Positions 38,801 through 52,300 are shown, counted from the stretch's first letter. The stretch: DNA of 64,000 bases from Klebsormidium nitens (GCA_000708835.1 DF237173.1:25438-89437), one strand, 5' to 3'. The notes: generated by a model not told the origin, from the sequence alone. Translations and numbers: made by a program.

Positions 38801-40477
38801 CGGGGGAAGAAATATACTGGGGAGTGGGTCAAGAACGTCCCTGTTTGCGGCTCGGTGGAAAGCATCCGGGCAGGAGAAATCGAGAAGCTGCAGTATCCAG
38901 CACCGCAGCGGCCGTTTGCGGCACGGTCAGAGAATCTAGACGTGAGTCTTTTGTCCAACTGCTTCGTTCTATTTTTTCTCAGCACGGAGCCATTTCGAAG
39001 CAGCGTCGAGGTGTGTTGGGCGCGACTGCGTTCTCTCATTTTTTACTTTGAGTACAAGAGGCAGTGGTAGATACGTGATTTCTGGTGCACAGACCAATTC
39101 TTGATACGAGAAGCGGGTCCTCCGTTTAGTTCCCTTCAGAGATCCGAAATAATAAGAACGCCGCTCCTTCGTGAAGACGGAAGGAATCATTCAATGAAAC
39201 ATGCGCATGAAAACTGTGCTATTGAGAAATTCACAAACCTACGGTTACGATGATGAGGAAAACGCTCAGTCGACGTTAACCGTTCCGTTTCCTCTTGCGT
39301 CCCACAGCTGCCCCCTCTGGAGGTCCTTCAGCCGGGGCTGTCGGTGTACGAGAAGGTGACAGCTGTCCGCGGCGCGCGAACCGCAAGGGGTCCAAAGCCC
39401 CCTCTGTCTGCCGCGAAAGATAAAGTAAGTCTCTCACCTGCTTATCATACGCTGACGCGCATGGAGACGAGACAGGGGCCTTCTAAACCCTTCGACTCTC
39501 TTCAATTACTCAAAGATAGGCCATTGCGCCGTCTTCGTTAATAGTTGCTCCATCACCCTGCGCCAGAGAGGCAGCTCGCAAAGGTTCAGGATGCTCGGAT
39601 TGGAGCGCAGCCGCGTCAGATCTGGAGTTGAGGGCTCATTACTGCGAAGTTTTGATACCTGCTTTTCAGCACCACAGCATACCCGGCAGTCAGTCCGGTA
39701 AATCTGCCATTCGACGTCGAAAATGCCAACAGCAGCGTAGCTGCCACTACTGACTCCTGCAAATTCGCTGGAGCAGCTCGACTCGCCCCTTCCACCCGAC
39801 TATCTGACCAAGGCCTTTGTGTTTTACCCAGTCCCAGGCCGCATGCCTCCGGCCGTTCCAAATCGAGGCGCTGAAGCACGCCAATGTCCATCGTTCCCTG
39901 AAGCAGCTTGACTCGCACGTTCGATCCAACTATCTAACCAAGACCTTCCCTTTATCCAGTCCCACGCCGCCTGTCTGCGGCCGTTCCAGATCGAGGCGCT
40001 GAAGCACGCCTACGTGTCCATCGCCGGGGGCATCCGGGAGGAGCACCGGCTGCGGACTGCAAAATTGACGGACGTCTGCCTGACGGCGGGGTACCATCCG
40101 GACTCCAAAGAGGTGAGGCGTCTTCATTCTCGAAAATCGTTTCAAGGGTGAGTTTTTGTGCGCTTAGGTTAAAAGAGACTGGGCTTCACAAAGAGGGGAG
40201 CCTTTTCGGAGGTACGGACTCGTCGAATGCGAGGCCACAAAAGGGATGGGGCCATTCTTTCTTCCAAGAGTTTCGGCTGGTGTCGGTTTTAAACACGTAG
40301 GGTCTAAAAGACGTTCTTTCCTTTCGACTGAGTGGCACAGTTCGGCCTGCTTGACAAATGCGCGCGGTTTGCCTGCAGATGAAAGCAGTGAGGAAGTGCC
40401 TGGTGGACAAAGCGCATGGGGCGGGAACGCTGTCGTTCGACGCCTTCCTGGAAGCGATCCTGTGGCTACAGATGTGA
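35841..40477 (+). CDS. MORN-repeat protein (MORN3-like) with a low-complexity N-terminus and a degenerate EF-hand-like C-terminal lobe; exon 1 contains an assembly gap
   Basis: MORN repeats YVGEMAGGLPEGRG, YEGEWMLGVKMGQG, YTGDVVDGDRHGVG, YHGAWFHGRKAGYG, YAGKWGNDCREGMA and YTGEWVKNVPVCG; then LPPLEVLQP, and spliced exons 39960-40110 and ~40379-40477 ending GAGTLSFDAFLEAILWLQM*. Confidence 0.85.
36399..36418. other. Assembly gap (run of N), plus a single N at 36313
   Basis: N characters are directly visible in the sequence. Confidence 0.99.
39765..39959 (+). repeat. 128-bp tandem duplication of branch point, acceptor and exon start in the MORN gene
   Basis: actatctgaccaaggcctttgtgttttacccag|tcccaggccgcatgcctccggccgttccaaatcgaggcgctgaagcacgcc (39832) vs actatctaaccaagaccttccctttatccag|tcccacgccgcctgtctgcggccgttccagatcgaggcgctgaagcacgcc (39960). 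Confidence 0.92.
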
Positions 40478-42276
40478 GAGCAGCGCACGCGTGCACTCGC
40501 GGGAGATTTGGACATAGCGGTGGAAGGGTGATTCTCTATGGTTATCTACGAATAAAACGCCCAACACAATCAGTTGGCCCGAGCCCCTCCTGTAGCTGTT
40601 CACAGACCTCTTAATCGAGCTCAAATGCGCTTAACCAATTCGAGCAGGAACTTTGACCGACAATTGAAAATGACGTCCTCGATCGTTCATCAAGAATCGC
40701 ATTTGCTTGACAGTACTATAGTAGCGATATTCATCGGGCGCATGAGCTTGCATAATGCATACTACAGTTAAATCGTAGTGGTTGGTTTTCATGTGCCACA
40801 TACATAGCTCTGATAGCGATTCAATCGATTGATCATCGTACGGGCGCTCGACTTGAACAAGGATGTTGCCACTTGGGCCACGTACAAGCAATCTTGAATG
40901 CTGAGATCAATTAGAAGCAACACATTATATACCTGCCTTGAAAGATCATTGCCGCCTGAGTTGCCCTGGCATGGCTGTATGCGGGTACGGACATTAAGAA
41001 TGCTTCAGTACCGTACGCAATGTATTCCTTTGCATCTCATAACAAGACAATCTGCGCAGAGCTTGCCAGTCGTTTTCAATTCTTGCAAGTAGCGCGACAC
41101 TACTTTCGTTCTTCACGGGCCGTGTGCTTTTCAGGGCATACATGAGTAAGGACTGAATCAAGTTGGCGGCCCCCCTAAACTTAGCCCCGTAAGTGTATAC
41201 ATTTGCGCCTGTGTCTCTTTTCCTGCAAAGTACGCGGGACAATTACGATTGAAAACTTATCATGTGCATAAGAATCTGCCATGTGAGTCGTGGATTCCGG
41301 GCGCCGATTTGACATCAGAATCTTCACTGAACAAGCAAAATTCGTGTAGATTGCCGTTGTAGCCGTATTCAACACTTCGGTTGTCGACTGAACATTTGAA
41401 GACCCATGCACCTCGTATGCCACTTCAAATATCACCTGTTTGCGGACCTGATATAATAAATTGGTACCAAGCTGGATGCCAGCAGCTACCTTCTAACCAT
41501 CAACGCTTTTCCCTAACCCAACACACTTACTTCTCAGTTGAACCTTCATTCGGAACCTCCATTCAACGTCATCGTATCGCTTGCTCTACGCCTGTCGATC
41601 TCATATGCCTCGAATCCAATAGAGCTGATCAGCGGCCTTGATCCTCCAACACTGAGAACAGTCTGGATTGTTCTTCGTCTAGCGCCCGAGCAGCCGCCAT
41701 CAATTCCTCCGACCGACACACCCGCTTGCAGTCCGGATCCAAGGCTTCGAACAGGCGCGCTCGTTCTTCTTCCACTGCCCGCCTGGCCACCTTCTGGCTC
41801 TCGGTCATTCCCCCGGCAGTGTCATCCATCTCAGAGAAAGACGGAGGACTTCTTGCCGGAAACACTCCCTCCTCGGAACTCCCCAATCCCTGTTCGTCGC
41901 ACTGAAAGTCTCCCGCCTCTGTCTGTCGACAATCTTCCTCAGCCCAACGGTCCGCACTCGCAGACGCGTTCGTAAAGCCTTGGGTTCCGCCCCCCTGCGG
42001 CTCGGGAGCTTCCGAAGGCCACCCTGTCAAGTCCAGGTCTTCCAACTCGCTCGGGAAGGAATCAACCGGGGCCGACCGGGGCTCCTCTCCGACCTGCGTC
42101 TTGTTACCTTCGGGTGTCAGCGGGTCTGTCCCGAGGACATTAACGAAGGGCCCTGGCGGCGACCCGATCTCTAATCGCAGCCCGGAGTGGTCGCCCTTCT
42201 GCTCCTTACTTGCTTTATGAGTGCTGGGACCTAGGAGCGGCGTGAGCGGCGCCGAAGCCGCGGCCGCGTCGCGGGC

Positions 42277-44553
42277 CTAGGTCGTCATGAACGGCGCGCT
42301 CGCGAGCGGCCGGGGAGGGCTGTCGCTCGGGAAAGCCGTGGGAGGTAGGAACGGTGCGAACACGTGGGGCCCCTCGGCAAAGGCGGCAGGAGCATAGGTC
42401 ATCGGAAAGGGAGTTGGCAGGCCGTTACTCCCGTTAGCGATCGGTTGTGAATGCGCAAGCCACTGGAGAACCGGTGGGGGAAGCGCGAGCGGGTTTGCGG
42501 AGCTTGGGCGAGAGTACAAGTCCAGAGGCGGCGCGGAAAAGGAGCCGACCGGCAAAACTTCGTTGCCCGGTTGAGCGACCGGAAAAGGAACGGAAGGATG
42601 CCAATCAGGGAACTGCGGGTCTGGAAAGGGAACCGAGGGAAAGAGAGGCTGCGGTGGCGGCGCGAAAGTCGTCGGCGCGAGGGGCAGTTGGACGGTCAGC
42701 GGTCGGCTGCGGCCGCCGCACGCGCGCGCGGCGCAGCGCAGCGTGGGCGCGAAGTGGGGCGCGTGGAAGGGCGCGGGCGGCCGCGGTGCCGGGGGAACAT
42801 TTGGCGGCGGCGGGAGAGGGAGATGCTGCCAATACGCGATGGGGTCTGGAGGCTCGTGCTTGGGGATCGGTGCAACTGGCTGATTAGATTGCTCTGGAAT
42901 GAAGTAGGCCTCGTTTGCAGGCAGCATTGAAGAAGCATTTTGGGAGGGGGGAGGGGCAGCGCATTTGGGACGTTTGCTCGGCCTTCCGGCCAGGTGGTTG
43001 TCGAACCAGCTCTTGACGGCGTGGCCATTCCTCCCGGGGAGTTGTTTTGCAATCATGCTCCTGCAAAGAAGAAAATGGCATTAATAAGCGGGTTATGGTG
43101 GTTCAGAAAGTCAGAAGAAGTCGAAGCACACCGCGCCAAAAGTTGCAGTCATCGGGTAACTTTCGATATCAACCCTGCGAGGCCTAATATACAGGCATCA
43201 ATCTACAAAGGTTTAAATTGCAGCATCATCCTGTGAGCAAGGTATCAAAAGCGTGGACTCTGCGAATCAAGACCAGCTATGGGATTCGATAAGTACGAGT
43301 ATAAGCGAAACGTTTTTGAAAGGTGCTCATCACAGACCATATTACGATGTTCAAGGTTCGGATGCTGACTTCTCCGAGTGCGGACCTCTCTTCGTTCCGT
43401 AGACATGAAAGATGAATTCTATTGGCGTTTGTCCTCGTGAATGCACTCTTTGAAGCTCATTCAAAAATCAAGCCAGCCCCATATAGGAAGTCAATATGCT
43501 GAGGAAGAACGAGCTATACATGTCTCAAGATGGTTCGAAGTTCACTCTCAAGCACGGATTGCAGCCAATCTGCACGTTTTGTTGTAGGCGGAGTCCGCAC
43601 TTTCATTTTCATCTCTAGGCTGCCAGCGTGAACTCGGCCCTTTTGATCTTCTTTCATTTCTCAGCCACGTATGCACGTGGCCAAAAACTTGAGAAGCTGC
43701 GTCAGGCATGATGAAACGCTTACCACTTATTGCCCAGCTCCTTCTGCAGAGACAGGATGCGATCCCCTTCTTCCTCTGTGATAGGTTCGCTCTTGAGAGA
43801 CGGATCGAGAAAGTGCCTGTACCTTCGAGCGCAACTCGTGGCACTGCGTTGAAGGCCTGCCTTTTCTTTTGCTGAACCCCAAACACCATCGCCGTAAGCC
43901 TGGTCGAGTGGGATACGAAAAGCATCAATATATTGAAGACTGTGTTAGAAAGCAGCAGCAGCTCATTGTAGGTGCACTAATATCCTGCGAGCTTCCTCCC
44001 AAGAGATCGTGACAGACTGACCGTCGAAGGCATTGTAGGCACAGAGAGGGTGAATGCCAAGGCCTGCGAATGGCTGGTCTGCTCAAGCTTATTCAAAATT
44101 TGATGCAACGTCATAAAAGTCAAAAGGTGGTTTATCCCAACACGAACAGATACCTACGAAAACTTACAAACAGATGGCCTGCGCATACTTCCTACTGACG
44201 GAAGGACGTCTTAAGGATGCGAGAAATGGTTTGTCTCAAAAGTGCGTGAATGTTATTACCTGAACGAACAGCCTAAGCAGGTCGTCCTCTTCTGCACTCC
44301 AAGGGCCTCTTTTGAGGAAGGTCTTCTGATCAGAACTTTGAGGTGCTCCATGACTTTCCTCAACGTTTGAGGACGACTCTCCTGAGATCTCGTTCATTCC
44401 CTTCAGATCTGGAGCATCCGCGACAATCTCTCGACCTTCTGTCGCAGGAAGCGCAGAATGGTCGTAGATTCCGCTAAGGCGCGTTGTCAAAGAGTGAGCG
44501 CCTGTGTTCGAGCGTGCATCGAATGAAGGCGAGGGTTCAGCTAACCTTTGCAT
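42277..44553 (-). CDS. Atypical plant-type R2R3-MYB transcription factor; exons ~44553-44260, 43899-43724, 43060-42277; the frame stays open past the TAG to 41629
   Basis: The spliced product reads LKRGPWSAEEDDLLRLFVQ|AYGDGVWGSAKEKAGLQRSATSCARRYRHFLDPSLKSEPITEEEGDRILSLQKELGNKW|SMIAKQLPGRNGHAVKSWFDNHL, followed by a Pro-rich tail. Confidence 0.85.
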
Positions 44554-46387
44554 GTCGCAGAAGAAATGATTGAAGTCATTAGGGACCTGCAGAATTGCCA
44601 GCGACTGAGTCTTCAATTAGCTGATGTCTGCGCTTATGCATCTTCTTGTCTCAGGCTTACTCAACTTCAGCTCTAGTTCCTCGTCAGCTTCTGTCCGCAC
44701 TGGATCGGGTGCCTTGGCCTCATGTGAATAGGGGATAGCGCAAGTTTTTCAATCAGCGCTGCGTTTGAGTTCATGCTCTCCCTGCGACAGAACTTTGCGC
44801 ACTTTGTCTGGCAGGCCTTCCTCTAAGATTGACGTCCCGCAGGTCCTGCTCAACTGAGTGCAGATGAGCATGCTCGAAGAAGCTTCACGCCAACGTAAGG
44901 ACCAAAACGTGTTTACCAAACAAAAAACTGAGTGCAGGTCGTTGGATACAGGCCCTGAGAGGCCCAGCGACCGTCAGTGTGACGCAACTGTAACTCGAAC
45001 TGGCTGCATGGTGCAAAAATAGGATCTGTAAGCCTGCCAAGCTTTTCCGTCAAAATCTTAGAAGGATCTGCTGCTTAATTGCTATCTCATCTCCGTCTTT
45101 CTACTTTGCATGCTCCTCACATCTTACCTTCACAATTAGTGAGCCAGTTGAATGGCTTCAAGGAAAAATTCTCGAAAGTATTTAAAACTTCGATGAAGCG
45201 GCATGCCGTAGAATATGACGCTGGAGAACTTCAGCCTCGACTTCTCCAGTCTTTGACATGTTGCTTCTGATCAAGAGGAGGTTTGGAGGGGAGGAGTGAC
45301 GACTCACTGCCACTGACGAAGATTCTTCAGAGCTTCAAAGAGATTCTCTTCGTGCATGCGTTCGCAAACTGTCGATTCACATCTCTGGCAGCTTGTAGGA
45401 ATCAGTTTTTGACAGGTCGACACTGTTGTAGTATATCTTCCGTTCATGAGATTTGCTCCCTGACATGGCCATGCCGGTATCAAGCACGAAGCGTCGATAA
45501 TTGCACGCACCACTTAAGGCTCCACGAGCACCCTTTTGTGGTTGCCTGCAAGCCCCAAAGTGAAAGAGCACATAAAGCAAGCCTGCCAGGCGCAGTCATG
45601 CAGGCGCAGTCATGTCTCTTATGAGAATTCTCCTCATGATGCTTGGCCCAGCAGGTAACACGGCATATACTGGCGGAGATCTGTTGCGCGCCTCAATAAG
45701 CCAGCCAAACTAAGAACTTCTAGGCCAAGGAAACTGGCCAATTTTTGACTGTATGTTGATCATACTTCCTGATTTTTTGTAGACCAAGTCGGTCAACATG
45801 AGCAATTGGGTTTCAAGATCAGATGCGAAATATCCCATGCAAACTGACGACGTGCTCAGCGAACCGAACCTGTATATCCACCTTGCATCCCTCTTAATTT
45901 ATCATTCCGCCCGACTTCTGTTAGCCCCTACATTAGAGCAAGGCGTGCTTGCGTACTTGCTAGTACCTGAGACCACACTTAATACTATCCCCTTACCATC
46001 ATACTCTTGTGTCGCTTTCCGAGGGATCCCTTTCGGGTCTCATCATGCGCGGCCGCCGTCCCTACCACCGCGCCATGCCGGCTGAGCGACCCGGCTAACT
46101 CAATCACGGGTTGTTTCAGACTGAAGCTGACAGCGCCGGTCGCTGCGCTGGTCGGATCTGTACGTGCGCAAAACGCGCGCGTATTCGGATAGGACTGCAG
46201 GCTCTTCTTGCTCATTGTTCACAAACCTTCCCTCGCAGATTTCCAGGAGCTTCGTCCTTGGCCCTGCCACTGCCAGCATTGCAAGACCAGTTCGTAAGAA
46301 GCGCACTCTGTCCATTTTCAGCTGACTACTTAAACATCTGTGATCAGCGGCGCATGTTTTTCGGGGCTTTGGGCTCTCATGGTAAGC

Positions 46388-49300
46388 ATGGAAGTCAATG
46401 GCGGCGCAGCGTCGGTTGCGGTCCTCACGCCGTCTCAAGCTAGGCTCGCTGAGTATCTCTGGAGAAAAGAGGCTGGCTCGCAGAGTCAAGCGCTCGAGTC
46501 AATCCCGACAGCGGTCCCAAAGAGCGTCTTTAAAGCGCCAATTGAGATAGGAGGCTTGCCATCACCGGGGAGTATGCACGGGTCTCGCATTGTGATCCAG
46601 GTACAGAGCTTTTGAGTTTCTCGATCCTGCTGCTCAAATGCAGTGGATTCTATCGCTTCGCAGACGTGTAGTCTACAGACAGGGGGTGCGAGCACTTTCC
46701 TTAGTCATTTTGTTTCATATGAATGGTGGTGGCTAGAAGTGAACCGAAGAAAAAAGTAGATGGCATGGCAGCATTTGGAAGATAAAGCTTGATCATTTGT
46801 GCAGGTTCTAGGGCCTGCGACTGACGCCATGCTAGCAGCCAGACCTGATTTCCCATGATGTGTTCTCTGGGACAAGGCGATGTTTGGTGGTGTGCTAGAG
46901 GACGTTAGGAGGAAGCCCGCTGTCACATCATGTTGAGCATAGGACCATAGGAAGGCCTTTTCTGGTGACTTTGGGGTAGCTCTGGAGGGATACTGAGAGG
47001 TATCAAGACTTCTCTTATCAGGGATACTCTTAACAGAAGTGTATCTATCCAGGCCACATTTGATGGTTGCTTTCATTCCAAAGCACTCTGCCCAGACATT
47101 ATAGCACTTTCACACCTCTTTCAGTTGCTACGCAATTCGGAACACATAAGTGACCAGTTTTACCGAGGGACACGCCTTGATCTTTGCTTTCGCTCCTCAC
47201 AAGCGATGACTTAGGTTAATATTGACACACTTCTTGGCTGGTCATCTGTTCCTGTTCTGAAGATGGTATTTGTGCAGGCTGGCGTTGGGGCTTCCCAATG
47301 TACTGCCTATGTGGCCTCCGGCACTCAGCTGTACAGCGTACAGGTAAAGACTCTGTCAAATAGTATTGTCTCTCAACTTCAGAGAGGGGCGATTGCTAGA
47401 AGCAGGGCTGTTCCGCTGTGACTGCACTCTGTCCTTGAAAGTTGAGACCCTGCAGTGAGTGGTCAGAGCGTTTCCCGCAGGGAAAGAAAAACAAAAGAAG
47501 GTGGTCAGAGCGACAAGAACGAGATGAATGAATAAAGTTCAGAGCATTGAACGTCACAGGCTGTGCTCGATTTGGGGGCCGTCAGGATTTCTGTGGGTAA
47601 GAGCCGGCATCTCATGCCAGGTGCCGCTTGACCGGAAGGGCCAGTGAGTCTGAGCGAGTCCTGACAGTTATAGCCACTCAAATGCCGTGATTTCCCTGCA
47701 GCTGCCTGGACAAAGCGGCAGCCTGAAGAGCACTCTTAGAGGGAAAGGCGGGCTCCTGTTGCCTGTTCAAGTAGAGGTGAGAGCTGCCTGTCAGTCTGAG
47801 TTACTAGCACACCTCCCAATTGTTTCGGAAGGTGTAAAAAAGGAGCCCACTTATTTATCCTGGAAAGAAGCTGGATCTCGCGGCGGGCTCTGGCTTTTGC
47901 CCTTCTAAGTACAAGCGTTTTCCCGCAGGGAGCTACCACCACTCGACTGGACCACATCCCTCACCGTTCAGAGGTGCAGGCACTCGCCCTTGCAGAGCCA
48001 TCAGGTGAGTGGCCACTCTCAATATTCGGGTCCTGGTTGTGTAAAGCGGCCTGAAATCCCTACTCATTTCAAGAAAGGTCTCAGCCTTGGTACGTCAAAG
48101 TGCTTTGGGGCCTTCAGTCGTCGCCATTGATAGGGCCGCTCAGACCAAAATCCGTCGGCTTAGAACATGTCTTCGATTGCCTTTCTCCTTAGCCTCATTG
48201 CCCGCGTTTAGCAACCATCAGTGGTGGCTTCGCCTGTTTAGTATTGATCGCGGCGCCTAACCATACCTACCGTAGATTCGTATGGTCACAAGGTTGATCC
48301 TGAGAGACACTTTGGTGTTCAATGTCTGACCCTGACGGATGATCCTCTAACAGGTTTTCACTGACTTGTTCCTAGATTTCAAGCTGAATTCTCATCAGCC
48401 TTTGTCCGCGCAGGTTCAAGCCCCGGGCTTCTGGGGTCGATCGACGCATACGGACGCGTGGTCGTGGCGAAGTTGCCTTTCAACGAGGCGCATGGTAAGT
48501 CGACCGCCAGCTCCCTTCCCCAAACTTTGCGGTCCAGCTCAGATATGACACACCGTTGCGTTAAGCTGGTATGGGTGATGATCGAAAAGAGCACGTTACA
48601 AACGGTGCGGTCGTCTCGCCACTGGGACGACATGTTGTGCAGTTTTTCTGAGAATGGAATGTCGGCAACCCGTTATCAATAATGAGGAGGTCGTTTGCTT
48701 GGATCTCAGCAAAGCTGATGCTTCTCAGAAGGAGACGAGCCTAAGGCGCTTGGCGCTCCCCTGAGTGATAAACTAGCTCTCAGTACTGGGTGGCTCATCT
48801 TGCTGGTTTTGTGATGCCCTATCAACAGTGACCGCCTTACGGTTTGCAAGCACATCTACGAAAACAAACCACGGGCTGCCTAGCGTCGGACGGATCACAC
48901 TTCGCGTAACTGCGCCTTCCGAGTCCCCATTATGCCGCAATTCCGAGCCCTTCTTCTCCCCGCTTCCCGTCCAGCAGAAAGCGGATACGGACAACGAGCA
49001 GCGCTTGACTCTCGGACGGAAGACGGAGCCGCTTCGACGAGCGGACGTACGAACGACGACAATCTGGCTGCTCCTTTCACCGCCTACCCGCGGGACGCTG
49101 GAGTCGGAGAGGGGGGCTGGGCAGGGCTCGCTTTTGTCCCGGGGCAGACGTCAGCGGTGAGTGAAAGGGGACATCAAGGTCTCCCCGGAAGCAATCAAAA
49201 CTAGTTATCCAAGATTGGATAATCCGGACAGTTGGACAGCAGGAGAGCTCTTTCGATGTCTAAGTGAACAGGGATCAGATGTGGTTACAGGCAACACGGG

Positions 49301-52300
49301 CTCTTGGATCTGCTCGAATTACATACATCTGAAAAGCCTACGTCTTGCAGTGCTAAGGAGCCTACAGAGAGCTCTGGGATTCCGTAATGACATCTGGCTG
49401 GCAACTATATTTCGTTGATTGGTTCCTAGGTTACGTCGACACTGAAGATGCCGGGCAATCCCCCGACTTCGGGGTTTCAAATTCCAAGTCAAACCCCCCA
49501 ACGTGAACGCTGGTTCAGAAAGTCCCTGATAATCAAGAGCGTCGCAGGCGTGGGAGTTGCGACATATCTTTTGATTGCACCCAGCTCAAAGAGAAGTTCA
49601 GCATGTCATGTGTCCGGAAAAGATCTTCTTACTTAGCTCTGCCAACCTGTCGATCCGATGACGAATCGCGCTTTTCTGTGCAGTTTGCGACGGCGCGCTT
49701 TTGGGCCAAGCGGTTGGATCTGTACGACCGAGACATGCACGTGCGATCGCTCCCCACGTGAGTGCACCTCTTTGGAAACATTGACTACGCCAACCGATAT
49801 CGTCGGCATATCCTCTTAGCGACGTCGTCAAACATTCTCGCAACGTCTCTCTCGGCAGCGGTGTCTTTAAGACGGGGCCCCTTCCGTTGTAACTATCCCG
49901 ACCAGATTGCTTCTGAGGCATACTTCGTTGACTTCTATGCGTCTCGGCCTGACACCTACTTACGTTAATCTGAGTTCGTCTGCTTTTGCGATTCGTCAGC
50001 TCAATGGCAGGCGCCAGACACTGCTCTCTGCCAGGCCCCGCTGACGTCATGCTCTCGTCTCACCCCGTACCATCCCCTCCGTACTGCAGGCTCCAGAACC
50101 CGACGGCGCTTCAATTCCTGGGGGCCTCAGACGGGGCCGAAGCGGGACAGTCGACGCTGTTGGCCGTCGCAGAAGGACCCCAGGTGAGGGGTCCTTACGG
50201 CTGTGACTGTGACCTAATTGCTGATGTCACCCGATGACACGCGCGGGTTCGCTTTGGAAGTGGACGAAGTTTAAGTCAGGGACTAAATCGCGTTTTGTGG
50301 ACCCGATTCCGAGTGTCTTCGGCGAATAAGAGCTTGGTCTGCTCAAGCTTTCTTGAAGTCGAGGCGCTCACTCATTATTCGTTCATTCAGCAGATTCTTG
50401 GCATGAGAACGCCATCGAAGAGAGGGCGCTCACCAACAAGTGCTCAAACTCGAGTATCGAGCACCACATGAAATGCTGACAAAAAGCAAGTAAGCTTACG
50501 GACAACGACAGAGTCTGACCCTCTGATCACCCTTTCCTCATTACAGATTCTGATTCAACAAGATGGGAGACACATTGGACACACAAGGGATGCTCCGGCC
50601 GAGCACAATCTCTGCAGGTAGTCACATTCTGCACCACATAACCCCGCAAGCCTAGCCCGCTTTCGCTTCTCTGCAGTTGAGCATATGGGACCTACGGATG
50701 GGTGAGCGAGGCGGCTGCACGCAGCGAATCACGGTCGAGTTCGGCGGCGCGCCACTGTACGCTCTAGATTGCACGAGTGGGTGTGGAGGGGTCGTGGGAG
50801 TCACGGGGGCCAGCCGCTGTGTTTACGTCTTTGATACGCGACGGTAGGTGTGCAGTTATTGCTTCCTTTTGTTGGAAGAGTCCCGACACTTTTTCTTCGA
50901 ATGCAGAGTCAGTCGCCCGCTCTTTGCGGTTGTGAGGAACATGCGATAATGATTGCCTTGATTGAAGGAAGTACAGCACACTTTTGTGACGTGAATATAC
51001 ACCTCATGGCGCATGGACACTCCATTGGATAAGGCAAATCTTGTCGAGACTGCGTCCCAGAAAAGCCACAGAAAGAGATCTCGAACGGATGCGCTTTAGT
51101 GTTCACCGACGGGCGGATCCTTCTATCGGCTTTTCGCTTTGCTGTAGGTGGACGTGTCGATCGCGATGGAGTGGCTGCCTAAAATACGAAGTAAGCCGCC
51201 GTCTCTTTCCAAGACCTTCTTGCCTCGAGGGACACATCAGACCTAAAGCAGCCGGCCTGTTTCCGTAACGCCACTCGTATCATTGCGCGGCGCGATCGGC
51301 GAGACAACTCACATCCGGGGCGACCGGAAAGCTTGTACTCCTAGTTGCAAGTCGCCGCTCCAATCGTGGACCCAAACGTCAGCAGTCGATACTTGTCTCA
51401 CAGTGCATCCTTGCGTCAAGACGCTGGTTCAAGATCGCCCTGCGCTCTCGCCGCAATCGTCGGGGGGTGTGCTAGAACTTTCTGTGCTTCTGTTGCAGGT
51501 AACTGGGATGCACTTCTCGTCCGTAGATCCAGCGCTCGTGTACGTCAACGGTCTGGATTACGAGGTGACTTTCGCCCCGTCACCGGTTCCGTGTCTTTGC
51601 AAAAGTTGAACTAACGTTCTGCTCTGCTTCCCCCCACGAAAAGAAGTGTATCGTCTGCCACGTCGCTTTGGACTTTCCCCTGGCCAGTCGTCACTGTCCG
51701 CAACTGTGGTATGAGCTGCGATCCATTTTTGCAACTTTTTCTCACATTTCAGATACCGTTCAAACATACACTTAGCCTCCACCAAGTCGTTGATTGCCTG
51801 CGCGTACTGTCCTCATTGGCAGATCTCACCAGTCGCGGTGAACCGCCTGCCCATCCAAACGCGCGTCTGCTGAATCCTGCCCACGTTGCAGGTCGTTTGC
51901 GGAACCTGGGACAAAGATGGCAGCCGGGGCGCGGTGGGCCGGCGCTTCGCTTTTCGGGGGGACTCTCGATGGCTTGGCGTTCACAAGGTGAGGGAGACGA
52001 GCTTCTGAAGACCTCTGTCTTGGTATTGCTCTCGCTAACTTACGTGATTATAGTGGACGTAATGCGAAGATTACCGAGTGGAACCAGAGTGCTCTATCAG
52101 GGGGTTGTCAAGGACCTAACGGAAGCCTTGAAAGGTCAGCTAATTTTGTGAAACAGGATCCGTGAGAGGGGGGGGGATATCGTTAATGTCTGCTGCAAGC
52201 CTGCTGTAAACGTAGCTCGCCACTATGGTAGCATGCACTCACACATGTGCTCCGGTCCCTGTGTCGCTTTGCAGGCTGCTTCGTCCGATCTTATTGGTGG

